Source: Planctomycetota bacterium (GTDB lineage Bacteria > Planctomycetota > UBA1135 > UBA2386). Taken from it: a stretch of 64,000 nucleotides of DNA. Position numbers and translations under genes: made by a program. The stretch spans positions 5,024,001 through 5,088,000 of the forward strand of contig OZ245838.1 in the NCBI GenBank assembly GCA_965228735.1. Direction: 5' to 3'. Every line of letters starts with the position of its first letter. Position 1 is the stretch's first letter. Positions 23,210 to 31,955 of this stretch are shown here, in pieces. The notes beneath the pieces are model-generated. The model was not told the DNA's origin. It saw only the letters and a program-made list of their open reading frames with translations, and made no database searches.

Positions 23210-24280
23210 CTACTTCAGGCCGAGCGCCTCGGCGAAGCCGCGGTGGCGTTCCTGCGCCGGACTCGACGTCATGAGCCCCTGCAGCTCGACGATGACCCCG
23301 CCGTCCCCGAACCGGGTCCGGGCGTAGGCCCCGGCAGCGCGGCCGATCGCGGTGTTGTCGCCGCCGATGAAGCAGGTGAACCCGTCGTCCTCGCCGCCGA
23401 GCTCGCGGTCGATCACGATGACCTTGATGCCGGCGTCGACGGCCTCCTTGCAGACCGCTGCCAACGCGAGCGACTCCTTGGGCGAGATCAGGATCGCGTT
23501 GAAGTTCTGGGCGATGAAGTCGCGCACGATGCCGCGTTGCACCTCGACGTCGTCGTTGGCGGAGCGGTAGTGGTACTCGATCTGCGGATACCGCTTCGCC
23601 GCCGCTTCGAGGTCGCGGCCCATCTGCTGCCGCCACGGCTCGTCGTCGGTGCATTGGCTCATGCCGATGCGGAACACGACGTCGATCCGTGGCTCGGTCG
23701 ACAGGACGCCGGCGTGTTGCTGCCGCAGGTTGGCGAGCACGAACGCGCCCGGCGACGTGATGCGGCGACCGCCGGCCGCGATCGACGCCTTGGTGTACTC
23801 GATCGTCCCGAGCGGAATCCGTTTCGGCAGGTCGATGCCGCTGCACGCGAGTAACGCGAGGTCGATCGCCTCGGCGCCGCACGTCGGATACGCGAACGTC
23901 GCGTCGATGAGGCCGTCGCGGACGAGCTGCTGACCGTGGCCGTCGCCGGGCAGGCCGTCGACGCCGATGATCGTGATGCCCTTGCGACCCTTCTGCCGGC
24001 ACGCCTGCGCCGCGCCCTTGGCCATCGGGTCGTTGTGGGCGTAGATCAGGTCGATCTCAGGCAGCCGCTCGAGCACGGCCTCCATCTCGCGCTGCGCGAC
24101 GTCGCCCTTCCAGCGGGCATCGGCCTGGTGGCGCACCACGAACGTGCCGTCCTCGTTCTGCATGACGCCGTCCGTGCCGCCGCCGGCTGCGTCGCCGTCG
24201 CTGTCGCCGCACGCCGCGCCGAGCGCAGCGACGATCAGGAGGAGCGGGTTGGCGAACGGCGAATGGTGGGGGCGGGTCAT
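23210..24280 (-). CDS. Sugar ABC substrate-binding lipoprotein (RbsB-like), circularly permuted
   Basis: Lipobox LGAAC. Motifs YAHNDPMA, GVDG and ATFAYP precede IGMSQ, LISP, VIDR, GGDN and ERHRGF, the reverse of the usual order. Confidence 0.85.
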   Translation of the reverse strand: MTRPHHSPFANPLLLIVAALGAACGDSDGDAAGGGTDGVMQNEDGTFVVRHQADARWKGDVAQREMEAVLERLPEIDLIYAHNDPMAKGAAQACRQKGRKGITIIGVDGLPGDGHGQQLVRDGLIDATFAYPTCGAEAIDLALLACSGIDLPKRIPLGTIEYTKASIAAGGRRITSPGAFVLANLRQQHAGVLSTEPRIDVVFRIGMSQCTDDEPWRQQMGRDLEAAAKRYPQIEYHYRSANDDVEVQRGIVRDFIAQNFNAILISPKESLALAAVCKEAVDAGIKVIVIDRELGGEDDGFTCFIGGDNTAIGRAAGAYARTRFGDGGVIVELQGLMTSSPAQERHRGFAEALGLK

Positions 24281-25230
24281 TGGCGACGGTCCTGCAGGAG
24301 AACGGCTGCGAGGATGATCCCTCCTTGCAGCACGAGGCGCCAGTGCGTGGGCACGCCGTTGAGCGCGAGGACCTTCTCGAGCAGGCCGAGCGTCAGGACG
24401 CCGAGCAGGGCGAGCCACACGCTGCCGCGGCCGCCGAGCAGGCTGACGCCGCCGACGACGACGGCCGCGATCGTCTGCAGCTCGAGCAGTTCACCGGCCG
24501 ACGGATTGCCCTGCACGTTGCGCGCGACGTGGCAGATGCTCGCGAGCCCCGCGCCCGCGCCGCTCAGCACGTAGGTCCAGGTCAGAACGCGCGCGGTCGG
24601 CACACCGGAGAGCCGCGCGGCCTCCGCGTTGCCGCCGGTCGCGAGCAGGTGGCGGCCGAAGACGCTGCGCTGCTGCCAAACCGCGGCCGCGATCGCGACG
24701 GCGACGAACAGCAGGCCGGCGACCGGCACCGGGCCGACGCGACCCGCGAGCACTTCCCAGGACCCGGGGCCGAAGCTGTCGGCCGGCACGAAGCGCGAGC
24801 TCGCTGCCTGCTCCGCGAGCTCCGGCAGCCAGCGCGCGAGGCCGCGCGCGATCACCATCGTCGCGAGGGTCGCGAGGAACGGCTGCACCCGCAGCCGCGT
24901 GACGAGCAGGCCGTTGGCGAATCCGGCGAGCGCGCCCACAGAGATCGCAGCCGCGCTCGCGACCGGCCACGGCAGCTCCGCGCGCAGCGACAGCCCGGCG
25001 AACGTCATCCCCGACAGCGCCAGCACCGCGCCGACGGACAGGTCGATGCCGCGCCCGAGGATCACGAGACACTGCCCGACGGCGCAGATGCCGACCGTCG
25101 CGAGCGCACCGAGCAGGTCGAGGTGCAGCTGCGGCCGGAAGAACGCGCCGTCCCCGTGGAAGACCGCGCCGATCCCGAGCACGAGGAGCAGCGCCGCAAG
25201 CGCGCGCACGGTCGGGGCAGCGGGTCGCAT
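24277..25230 (-). CDS. Sugar ABC transporter permease (RbsC-like)
   Basis: GIDLSVG, PFLATLA, GGNAEAARLSGV, IAAVVVGGVSLLGGRGS. Confidence 0.93.
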   Translation of the reverse strand: MRPAAPTVRALAALLLVLGIGAVFHGDGAFFRPQLHLDLLGALATVGICAVGQCLVILGRGIDLSVGAVLALSGMTFAGLSLRAELPWPVASAAAISVGALAGFANGLLVTRLRVQPFLATLATMVIARGLARWLPELAEQAASSRFVPADSFGPGSWEVLAGRVGPVPVAGLLFVAVAIAAAVWQQRSVFGRHLLATGGNAEAARLSGVPTARVLTWTYVLSGAGAGLASICHVARNVQGNPSAGELLELQTIAAVVVGGVSLLGGRGSVWLALLGVLTLGLLEKVLALNGVPTHWRLVLQGGIILAAVLLQDRRQ

Positions 25231-25236
25231 CGGTGG

Positions 25237-26268
25237 TCAGTCGGTGGGCGGGGCGGAGAAGAAGCGGACGAACTCGGCCTCCACGGCAGCCGGCGCGAGC
25301 GCGCTCGGCCGCAGCTCGCGCGACACCTTGCCGTACTCCTGCTCGCTCGGCACGCCGAAGTAGAGCTCGGGGATCGGCGCCGTCGGCGGGTCGGCGAGCC
25401 ACTGACCGCCGTTGCGGTCCGGTTCGAGTTCCGCGAGGCGCGCGGCGAGCGGGCGCAGATCGCGGCGCGCCGGCGCCTGGATCGTGACGAGCTCGAACCA
25501 CGACTCCGTGCGATCGTGGTAGCGGTAGCGCGGTCCGTCGCTGCCGGTCGCGACGTGCAGCACGCGATAGGCGCCCGCGAGGGTGTTGAGCGTCATCCGA
25601 TGCCGCGGCCCGCCACCGCGGAGCACGCCGAAGCCGAGTTCGCGGTGGTGTCGACGCTCGAGCGCCCCGTCGAGCCCCGCGGTGATCTCTTCCTGCACGC
25701 GCGCCATCTCGGCTTCGTAGAGCGCGCCGTAGCCGCCCGGATGATCGAGCACGGACACGGCGTTCTCCATGAGCCACTCGTAGCGTCGCAGCGAGCGCTC
25801 GGCCGCGTCCGCGCAGCGGTCGAACACGCCGCGCACCGGCGACTCCGCGGTCGCGAGGTTGGCGACGATCCGGTCCACCGCGAAGCCGCGCCAGCTCTGC
25901 CAACTGCCGAAGTCCCCCGTCGCGGCGGCCGCCCGCAGCAGCTCCTCCCGCGCGGCCGCGACGTCGGGTTGCAGGATCGCAAGCAGCGAACCGAACCCGT
26001 CCGTGTCGTAGTGGTCGTTCACCACGAGCTCGGCCTCGCCGAGGAAGCGGGCCTGCGCCGAGGGCTCCGCCCGGACGAAACGGAAGCAGATCTCCGTGCT
26101 GAGGTCGGCCTTCCACGCCCCGGGCGTTCGGTTGCCGGGCCAGTGCGACAGATTGGGCCCGGCCGGGGTCATGCCGTCGACCGACAGATGCGGCGCGGCG
26201 ATCCCGGTCGGCCCGGCGAATCCGAGTTTCAGGCGTGCGAGGGGCGATTCTCGAGATGGCAATGGCAT
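25237..26268 (-). CDS. Hypothetical protein, probably DUF6687 family (DHH-phosphoesterase-like motifs)
   Basis: LSVDG...LSHWPGNRTP...KADLS and NDHYDTDG motifs. Family assignment from memory of the motifs. Confidence 0.6.
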   Translation of the reverse strand: MPLPSRESPLARLKLGFAGPTGIAAPHLSVDGMTPAGPNLSHWPGNRTPGAWKADLSTEICFRFVRAEPSAQARFLGEAELVVNDHYDTDGFGSLLAILQPDVAAAREELLRAAAATGDFGSWQSWRGFAVDRIVANLATAESPVRGVFDRCADAAERSLRRYEWLMENAVSVLDHPGGYGALYEAEMARVQEEITAGLDGALERRHHRELGFGVLRGGGPRHRMTLNTLAGAYRVLHVATGSDGPRYRYHDRTESWFELVTIQAPARRDLRPLAARLAELEPDRNGGQWLADPPTAPIPELYFGVPSEQEYGKVSRELRPSALAPAAVEAEFVRFFSAPPTD

Positions 26269-26342
26269 CGGCACCAGCGGCTTAGGACCGGGCATCCGGG
26301 CGCCCGAGTCTTGCCTCGAGAATTGTGCATCCTATTCCCCGG

Positions 26343-26459
26343 ACAAGCGAAGCCAGTCAGTGTCGAGGTCACCAGACCTGGCTCTGGCTGGCTGAGACGA
26401 GAGAGAGCAAGAGTGGCGCCGGCCGCCGGGGCTCACCCCCCGGCGGCCGGTTTTTATTT
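26343..26459 (+). ncRNA. Candidate small structured RNA
   Basis: TTGCCT-N16-TATTCC promoter-like element (26311-26338), long hairpin 26351-26393, purine-rich linker, intrinsic terminator. No plausible ORF. Confidence 0.4.
26419..26459 (+). terminator. Rho-independent terminator
   Basis: 13-bp stem CCGGCCGCCGGGG/CCCCGGCGGCCGG followed by TTTTTATTT. Confidence 0.85.
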
Positions 26460-26489
26460 GCCCCCGCTCTCCCGGCCTGGGGAACGCGC

Positions 26490-26517
26490 TTGCATCGTCA
26501 CCGCCGCAAGCTAGATT
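26490..26517 (+). promoter_or_regulatory. Putative sigma70-type promoter of tRNA-Asp
   Basis: TTGCAT-N16-TAGATT, 18 bp upstream of the tRNA. Confidence 0.45.
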
Positions 26518-26535
26518 CCTCGACCCCCAAGGCGT

Positions 26536-26615
<80 letters not shown>

Positions 26616-26616
<1 letters not shown>

Positions 26617-26666
26617 GAACCCCTCGGAATGGCCCTCTAGGGCATGTTCCGAGGGGTTCTTCGTTT
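26616..26666 (+). terminator. Element-supplied terminator hairpin downstream of the tRNA
   Basis: AGAACCCCTCGGAA/TTCCGAGGGGTTCT stem followed by TCGTTT. Confidence 0.75.
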
Positions 26667-26678
26667 CAGGGGCGAAAC

Positions 26679-26727
26679 GGGGGAATCCGCGTCTTTCGCG
26701 AGAGCCGTGTCACCCAGGGTGTCACCG
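26679..26727 (+). repeat. Putative integrase arm-type sites, left (2x GTGTCACC)
   Basis: 40/49 identity to 40205-40253, same orientation. Confidence 0.75.
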
Positions 26728-26851
26728 GGCCGCGAGCCGCCTCGACGAGTGCGAGGTTGCGCTCCAGATACGACGACGCCCGGCGATCGAGGAACCTTGG
26801 CGGGGGACCGATCGTCGGGCGCTGTCCGAGCAGGAGGATCACCCGCGGCGA

Positions 26852-28435
26852 ATGCCGAGGGGGTTGCTCGTGACCGGCCACGATACAGCGGCCGTTCTGG
26901 CCGGCCAAGTGTCCGGGCAGCTTCGCGGCGAAGCGCACCTGTGGTTGCCGCGGGGCGTTGGGAATCCCGGCCTGCTCCTGGCACTCGCGCTCGATCGGGA
27001 CGCCGGCTGCCCCGACAACTGCACGGCGATCGGTCGGATGTTCGGAGTCGACCGCGGCACGGTCCGCGAGTGGAGACGGAAGCTCGAGGCCGACGGTCTT
27101 GTCGTGCCGTGCAACGGCTTCATCGTGGCGACGGACCTGGGTCGGGAGCGGCTCAAGGCGGGCTGCGACCCATTGCCGCGTCCAGTTCTTCGCGCACGGC
27201 GCAAGCCGTCGCCGGCCGTTCTCCGTGCATGCAGCGTCGTCTACACGGACGCTGTCGGGTGGCAGTCCGGACGCCGCGGATGTCGTAGCGACGCGGAGCG
27301 TGCGGCGCTGGCCGGGGTCGACCGGAAGACGGTCATCGCGGCCCGGCGCGTCTTGGTCGCCGGTGGTCTGGTGCAGATCGAGGAACTCCGGCGAGGACGG
27401 GCCGACCTACGGCGGGCTCGTTTGACCCAGGACCGCCGGGCGACTCACGGCCGGCCGATGTCCGAGACCCGTGCGAAGCAACTCGCAACCCGTGCTGCGC
27501 GTGGTCGTTCGCGTGTTCGCGAAGGTGGGGGATTCACGGACAGCGAAGGTGCGGCACTCTCGGACCCACCCATGCAGTCCCCGAAGGGGACGTTACCCAT
27601 GCAGGCGCCGCCGGCGGCGCAGGATGGTGCCGCTGCGCAGCTTCGACCGGATGGTTGTGCCACCCAGCAGAGACCTGAGCGCCGAACTCCCGCCACCGCC
27701 ACGTCGGCTGTGACTCTCGGGACGGCGTCCGCGGCCGAGGTTCTTCGGCAGGTGCTGCCGGACTTGCCGGCCGCGATCCGAGACCGAGCGTCCGAGCAGC
27801 AGCCGCACCGCGATCGGGTGCGCGAGGGCCTGGCACGCGCCGACCTCGCCCGCCTGCGTCGCGTGCCGGTCGTCGCAGCGATCGACGCCGTGCTGGGGCT
27901 CGCCGACGTCGACCGAGTGCCGAACGCTGGGCCGCGCTTGGCCGGGCAGTTGGTGGTCCGCCGCCGCCGCCGCGCGGTCGCGCTCGCCGCGGCCGGTCTC
28001 GACGTCGACGACGTGCTTCAGGTCGCCGTAGACGCCGCGACGGACCCGGTCCGCTCGGTCGGCGCAGTCGTCGCGCAGCGGTGCGCCCGGCTAGCCAGCG
28101 GCGCAGTCGGGGTTTGCGATGTCGTCCGTCGATCGCGCCGCGACCTGGACCTCGATCAGCGGCTCGCGGTGCTGCGCGGTGACGCGCCCGAACGGCGGCA
28201 CGACCCCGAACCTCGTGACCACGCCCCCCACCAGCGACTTGCGATGCTGGCCGCGGCCGAGGCTGCGCGGACCGACGACTGGCGCCGGGTCGACGCGCTC
28301 GTGCGCCGGCACGACTTGTCTCTCGACGAGGTCGCCGACGCGGCCGGCGTCTTCGAACGCGAAGTGCAGGAGCACCTCGACGACCTCACTTCCGGGCAGC
28401 TTCAGCGGTTCAACGCCGGGAGGGCGACCGCGTGA
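26852..28435 (+). CDS. Putative replication initiator with two HTH domains
   Basis: IGRMFGVDRGTVREWRRKLEADGLV and AALAGVDRKTVIAARRVLVAGGLV winged-HTH-like motifs, followed by iteron-like repeats. Confidence 0.65.
   Translation: MPRGLLVTGHDTAAVLAGQVSGQLRGEAHLWLPRGVGNPGLLLALALDRDAGCPDNCTAIGRMFGVDRGTVREWRRKLEADGLVVPCNGFIVATDLGRERLKAGCDPLPRPVLRARRKPSPAVLRACSVVYTDAVGWQSGRRGCRSDAERAALAGVDRKTVIAARRVLVAGGLVQIEELRRGRADLRRARLTQDRRATHGRPMSETRAKQLATRAARGRSRVREGGGFTDSEGAALSDPPMQSPKGTLPMQAPPAAQDGAAAQLRPDGCATQQRPERRTPATATSAVTLGTASAAEVLRQVLPDLPAAIRDRASEQQPHRDRVREGLARADLARLRRVPVVAAIDAVLGLADVDRVPNAGPRLAGQLVVRRRRRAVALAAAGLDVDDVLQVAVDAATDPVRSVGAVVAQRCARLASGAVGVCDVVRRSRRDLDLDQRLAVLRGDAPERRHDPEPRDHAPHQRLAMLAAAEAARTDDWRRVDALVRRHDLSLDEVADAAGVFEREVQEHLDDLTSGQLQRFNAGRATA
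27519..27604 (+). repeat. Iteron-like repeats inside the rep-like gene (putative origin)
   Basis: Two 23-bp copies (19/23 identical, period 24), then 2x ACCCATGCAG around a TCCCC-GAA-GGGGA hairpin. Confidence 0.5.
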
Positions 28436-28701
28436 AGTCCGCGACCTACATCGGCATGCAGAGGCACCGCCGCATCGATGGCGGCGAGCACCTCCGCGGC
28501 CAGTTCGACCGCGACATCGCGATTGCGGCTGGCACGGAAGTCCTGCTGCGGCGTGATGGCTACGACTACGTGCTGCAACTCGTGGCGCCGGGGAAGCCCT
28601 GGGACCCGACCAAGCGCGAGCGCGCGGCGGTCGAACTCGCCAACGCACCGCGTGGCGCGCTTCGACGTGACCCGCGGCATGAACCCGAGGACATGCCATG
28701 A
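28432..28701 (+). CDS. Hypothetical protein (89 aa)
   Basis: GTGA overlap with the upstream stop codon. Confidence 0.65.
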   Translation: MKSATYIGMQRHRRIDGGEHLRGQFDRDIAIAAGTEVLLRRDGYDYVLQLVAPGKPWDPTKRERAAVELANAPRGALRRDPRHEPEDMP

Positions 28702-28850
28702 CACGCGCGCTTGTCTGCCAAGTCGCACGTCCTGCGGATTTCGCCCGGCAAGTCGGGCACCGGCCGCCGCGCGCGTGCGGCCAGTCTCTCCTTCCGCCGC
28801 ACAGCGCCACGTTGGCGGAACGCGGCAACCTCTGTGATCCGAAACCATGA
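28698..28850 (+). CDS. Possible 50-aa ORF (absent from the ORF track)
   Basis: ATGA overlaps with both the upstream stop and the downstream start; MTRALVCQVARPADF...LCDPKP. Confidence 0.4.
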   Translation: MTRALVCQVARPADFARQVGHRPPRACGQSLLPPHSATLAERGNLCDPKP

Positions 28851-29674
28851 CTACGAACGACACCAGCGACGGCGGCCAGACCGCCGACATTCTTGCGGCG
28901 CTGCAGCAGCGTCGCGTCGATGAAACGACCGCCGCTGCCCAGCAGCACGCGGCCGATACCAGCGTCTACTGGGGGGCCGTCCGGCACTTGGCCGGCGACG
29001 GCACCGAGGCCCCGCCCGTGGACGCTCTCGACGCCGCCCTGCGTCGACTCGGCACCGTTCCGGGCGCCCTCCGCGCCGACGCCGACGCTCTCGCCCGACT
29101 GCTCCGCCTGCGCAACGCGGGCGACATCTCCGAGGCGCGCGAGGGCGTCGATGCAGCCCGCGTTGCCCTCGATGCCGACCTGCAACAAGCAAGCGACCTG
29201 CGCGCTCAGGCCGACCGGGTCGAGCGGGAGGCGCACGCCAAGCTGGGCGCCGCCGAGAGAGCACTGGCCCGCACCGAGAAGGCCGCCGCGGACGCCACGC
29301 GGCTCACCGAGGCGCTTCGCGCGCGCGGCTGCCCGCTCAACCCGACCGATGAGCCGGCGCCGGCGCCGAAACGCCGCGACCTCCATCGGGCACGGACCCT
29401 GATCGACTGCTTCGTTGACGGGCGCGCTCGTCGGGCGGGCGAGGAGTTCGTGACGCATGTGTCGCCCCGCGATGGCGTTCTCGAACTCGTTGGCGCACAA
29501 GGCGAGCCCGCGGCCCCGCGCTGGAACGGGGGCGACCCCGTGCCCCTGAAGCGCGGCGACGACAGTGGCATTGACAGCCGCGATTGGGGCGGCGTTCTCG
29601 GCGTCGATGGATTCCGGGCGCGCCAGGAGGCTTTGGCCGCGCAGGCGGCGACCGCTGAGGGGGCTCCGAAGTGA
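28847..29674 (+). CDS. Hypothetical coiled-coil protein
   Basis: Ala/Arg/Glu heptad-rich central region; member of a translationally coupled operon. Confidence 0.75.
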   Translation: MTTNDTSDGGQTADILAALQQRRVDETTAAAQQHAADTSVYWGAVRHLAGDGTEAPPVDALDAALRRLGTVPGALRADADALARLLRLRNAGDISEAREGVDAARVALDADLQQASDLRAQADRVEREAHAKLGAAERALARTEKAAADATRLTEALRARGCPLNPTDEPAPAPKRRDLHRARTLIDCFVDGRARRAGEEFVTHVSPRDGVLELVGAQGEPAAPRWNGGDPVPLKRGDDSGIDSRDWGGVLGVDGFRARQEALAAQAATAEGAPK

Positions 29675-30078
29675 CCACGAACATCGACCTGGCCGCGGCA
29701 GCGCGCACTCTCTACGGCAGCGGCACGACTCCACCCCCGGCGCCTGTCGGTCCGCCTTCACCGTCGAAGAACCTAGGCTTCGATGAGGCAGCAAAGTTGG
29801 TCTACGCCGACCAGCCGGCGCCGGCCCAGGAACTGCCGACCTCCCGCGACTTGAACGGCATCAGCGTCTTCGGCAGTCGCGATGATTGGCGCGAGGAGAT
29901 CCTGGGCCGATACGGTGCGGATCTCGACATCGCCACGCGGCTCGCGGCCCGAGGGCTGCTCGCCGATTCGGCTGATCCAGCTGCTGCGCGCCGCGCGATT
30001 GGGGAGCACGGCATCACGCCACGAGAGTTCCGCCGACTGGTGGAGATCGGAGCCGCACTGCGGACGGGGTCACGATGA
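29671..30078 (+). CDS. Hypothetical protein
   Basis: GTGA/ATGA coupling at both ends. Confidence 0.7.
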   Translation: MTTNIDLAAAARTLYGSGTTPPPAPVGPPSPSKNLGFDEAAKLVYADQPAPAQELPTSRDLNGISVFGSRDDWREEILGRYGADLDIATRLAARGLLADSADPAAARRAIGEHGITPREFRRLVEIGAALRTGSR

Positions 30079-30491
30079 CCGCGTTGCCCCCGGAGAATCT
30101 GGTGAAAACTGGTGCGACTGACCCCGAGCGCGATGATCGCGGTCGTTTCGTCGCAGGCCACGTTGGCCGCGGTGGCAGGCCGAAGGGCTACGACTTCCGC
30201 AAGATCGTTGCCGAGGAGTCCGCCAAGCATGGCGTGCCGGTCGAAGTTGCCGTGTGGGCGATCTACACGGCCCTACTGAAGCGAGCGCGCCGGGGCGACG
30301 TTGCTGCGGCGCGAATCCTCCTCGACCGACTCTGCCCTCGGGACGAGACGATCCACATCACCGACGATCGCCCCCGAATGACCGACCTGGAGCGCGGCGT
30401 CCGAATCGAGCAACTGCTGGCGATCGCCGCGCGACGAAAACGAGAGGCGGAGGAAGGCGACAGTTCCGGTGATGATGACAGCGCCGAATGA
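30075..30491 (+). CDS. Terminase small subunit-like / DUF5681-like protein
   Basis: RDDRGRFVAGHVGRGGRPKG and ALLKRARRGDVAAARILLDRL motifs typical of this group. Confidence 0.7.
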   Translation: MTALPPENLVKTGATDPERDDRGRFVAGHVGRGGRPKGYDFRKIVAEESAKHGVPVEVAVWAIYTALLKRARRGDVAAARILLDRLCPRDETIHITDDRPRMTDLERGVRIEQLLAIAARRKREAEEGDSSGDDDSAE

Positions 30492-31047
30492 CCGCATCGA
30501 ACCAGGTTGGATTCGACGCGCCATGTCCGCGTGGCGCCGGCCCGACCGTCTTCCGAAGATGGACTCGCTCGGCGTCGTCTCGTTCGCAACGCACACGATC
30601 ATCGGGCGCCGACATGATGTTTGGCTCGACGTCGCGCTGGTGCATTCGCACCCTCGCGGCACTGACGCCCCCACGGTCGCCGGCTGGGTTGTCGCCGCGG
30701 TGCGGGACGAGGCCCCGATTCATGTCGTTACCGACGGCGCATGCTGCCCGGTTCTCCACCTCCGCCAACTCGGGGTGCAGATCGAGAATGTCGGCGAGGC
30801 GGACGTCTGGGCGTTGCGTCAGCGCCTTCGGGACGCGCTCGACCCACGCACCATCGACAGCATCGTGCTACCGCCGGATCCGTGCCTGCTCGACGCGCTG
30901 GCGGGCCAGGGGGACGAGGATGGACGGGGCCTGGCGACGATCCTCGCGATGGCCGACACGCCGCGACGATCGGACGTCCTCGACCGTGCGCGGTGTGATG
31001 ACCGACGCGAGTTCAATCCGCTGAGTCCGCGCGCGCTGTGGCGCTGA
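30469..31047 (+). CDS. Protein resembling an isolated terminase large-subunit C-terminal (RNase H-like) domain
   Basis: TIIGRR...DAPTVAGWV...VTDG...LRQLG...LRDALDP...IVLPPDPCLLDAL pattern. No ATPase domain. Confidence 0.5.
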   Translation: MMMTAPNDRIEPGWIRRAMSAWRRPDRLPKMDSLGVVSFATHTIIGRRHDVWLDVALVHSHPRGTDAPTVAGWVVAAVRDEAPIHVVTDGACCPVLHLRQLGVQIENVGEADVWALRQRLRDALDPRTIDSIVLPPDPCLLDALAGQGDEDGRGLATILAMADTPRRSDVLDRARCDDRREFNPLSPRALWR

Positions 31048-31075
31048 CGCCACCGCCGGTATCGTCGCATCCATC

Positions 31076-31363
31076 GTGCGCCTCCTGCTACGACGCGCCC
31101 CGGTTGAGCCGAAGCCGCGCAGACTCGGCGATGAGGTGCGGGTGCCGCAACTTCTCGCGGCGGAACTGCAGGTCATCGCGGCACGCTGCGACGGCGAGCT
31201 ACGCGCGCTGCAAGCCGCCGCCCTGCGCGCGCACAGCGACGTTCGGCGTGAGCTTCGACGCAGGGTCGCCGACGCCGAAGCTGACGTCGCTGCGGCGCGC
31301 AGCGGCGCTCAGGAGGCAAGGCGTTGGGCAGGCGAACTGACCGCGGCCTATTGCCTGGAGTGA
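31076..31363 (+). CDS. Hypothetical helical protein (95 aa)
   Basis: ORF track; its stop codon overlaps site A. Confidence 0.55.
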   Translation: MRLLLRRAPVEPKPRRLGDEVRVPQLLAAELQVIAARCDGELRALQAAALRAHSDVRRELRRRVADAEADVAAARSGAQEARRWAGELTAAYCLE

Positions 31364-31390
31364 CGTGCGACTTGAGGGTTTGTCGCACGC
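31363..31390 (+). repeat. Site A (family 1, 28-bp putative recombination site)
   Basis: ACGTGCGACTT-GAGGGT-TTGTCGCACGC. Confidence 0.8.
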
Positions 31391-31414
31391 AGCTGAGGCG
31401 GGTCGCGCTACCGC

Positions 31415-31442
31415 GCCTGCGGAAGTGGGCGATTCCGCAAGC
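31415..31442 (+). repeat. Site M1 (family 2, 28-bp putative recombination site)
   Basis: GCCTGCGGAA-GTGGGCGA-TTCCGCAAGC. Confidence 0.75.
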
Positions 31443-31496
31443 CGCTGGCCAGACTAGCGGCGCGACGCGGAGTTCTGTTCGGGGAGAGTCGTCGCC

Positions 31497-31934
31497 ATGG
31501 TCGCCATGAGAACCGCACTGGTCGTCGCACTCCTGCATGTTGGAGCCCTAGCGCTGGTTGCCTTGCTGCGGAGCACTGCTGACCTGAGCGTTCGCTCCGT
31601 CGCTATTCGTGGCTCGTTCTCGCGGATTGAAGTTCCTGGAGTCGCTGAGCATGCGCCAGACACTTGGCAGGCGTTGCTCGACGCTGCAACGCCATGGCAG
31701 CCTGCGGTGACGAGCACGGCACCGACTTCGAACACGTCGAAGGGCGGGACTGATAGATGCGGCGTCCGATTCGGCGCAAGCGCCCAACGCCCGAACATCG
31801 ACCTTGGCGCTACTCGACTGCGCGTGATTCCACTCGAACTACAGGGAGAACTGCGCGCGGGCGGGCGCAGGGTTCAGGCTCTAGGCGATGGCGTGCAACT
31901 CGTGTCATGGCCGCAGTTCGGCGCCATCCGTTGA
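31497..31934 (+). CDS. Cargo gene: hypothetical protein with an N-terminal TM/signal segment
   Basis: GGGGAG upstream; hydrophobic N-terminus; lies between M1 and M2. Confidence 0.55.
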   Translation: MVAMRTALVVALLHVGALALVALLRSTADLSVRSVAIRGSFSRIEVPGVAEHAPDTWQALLDAATPWQPAVTSTAPTSNTSKGGTDRCGVRFGASAQRPNIDLGATRLRVIPLELQGELRAGGRRVQALGDGVQLVSWPQFGAIR

Positions 31935-31955
31935 ACCTGGCACCTTGGATGCTCG

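Noticed and set aside
29843..29868. GCGACTTGAAC match to site C
   Set aside because: Within a CDS and has no right arm.
26852..31363. Complete prophage
   Set aside because: No recognisable capsid, portal, tail, lysis or TerL ATPase genes, and the element is only about 13.8 kb.
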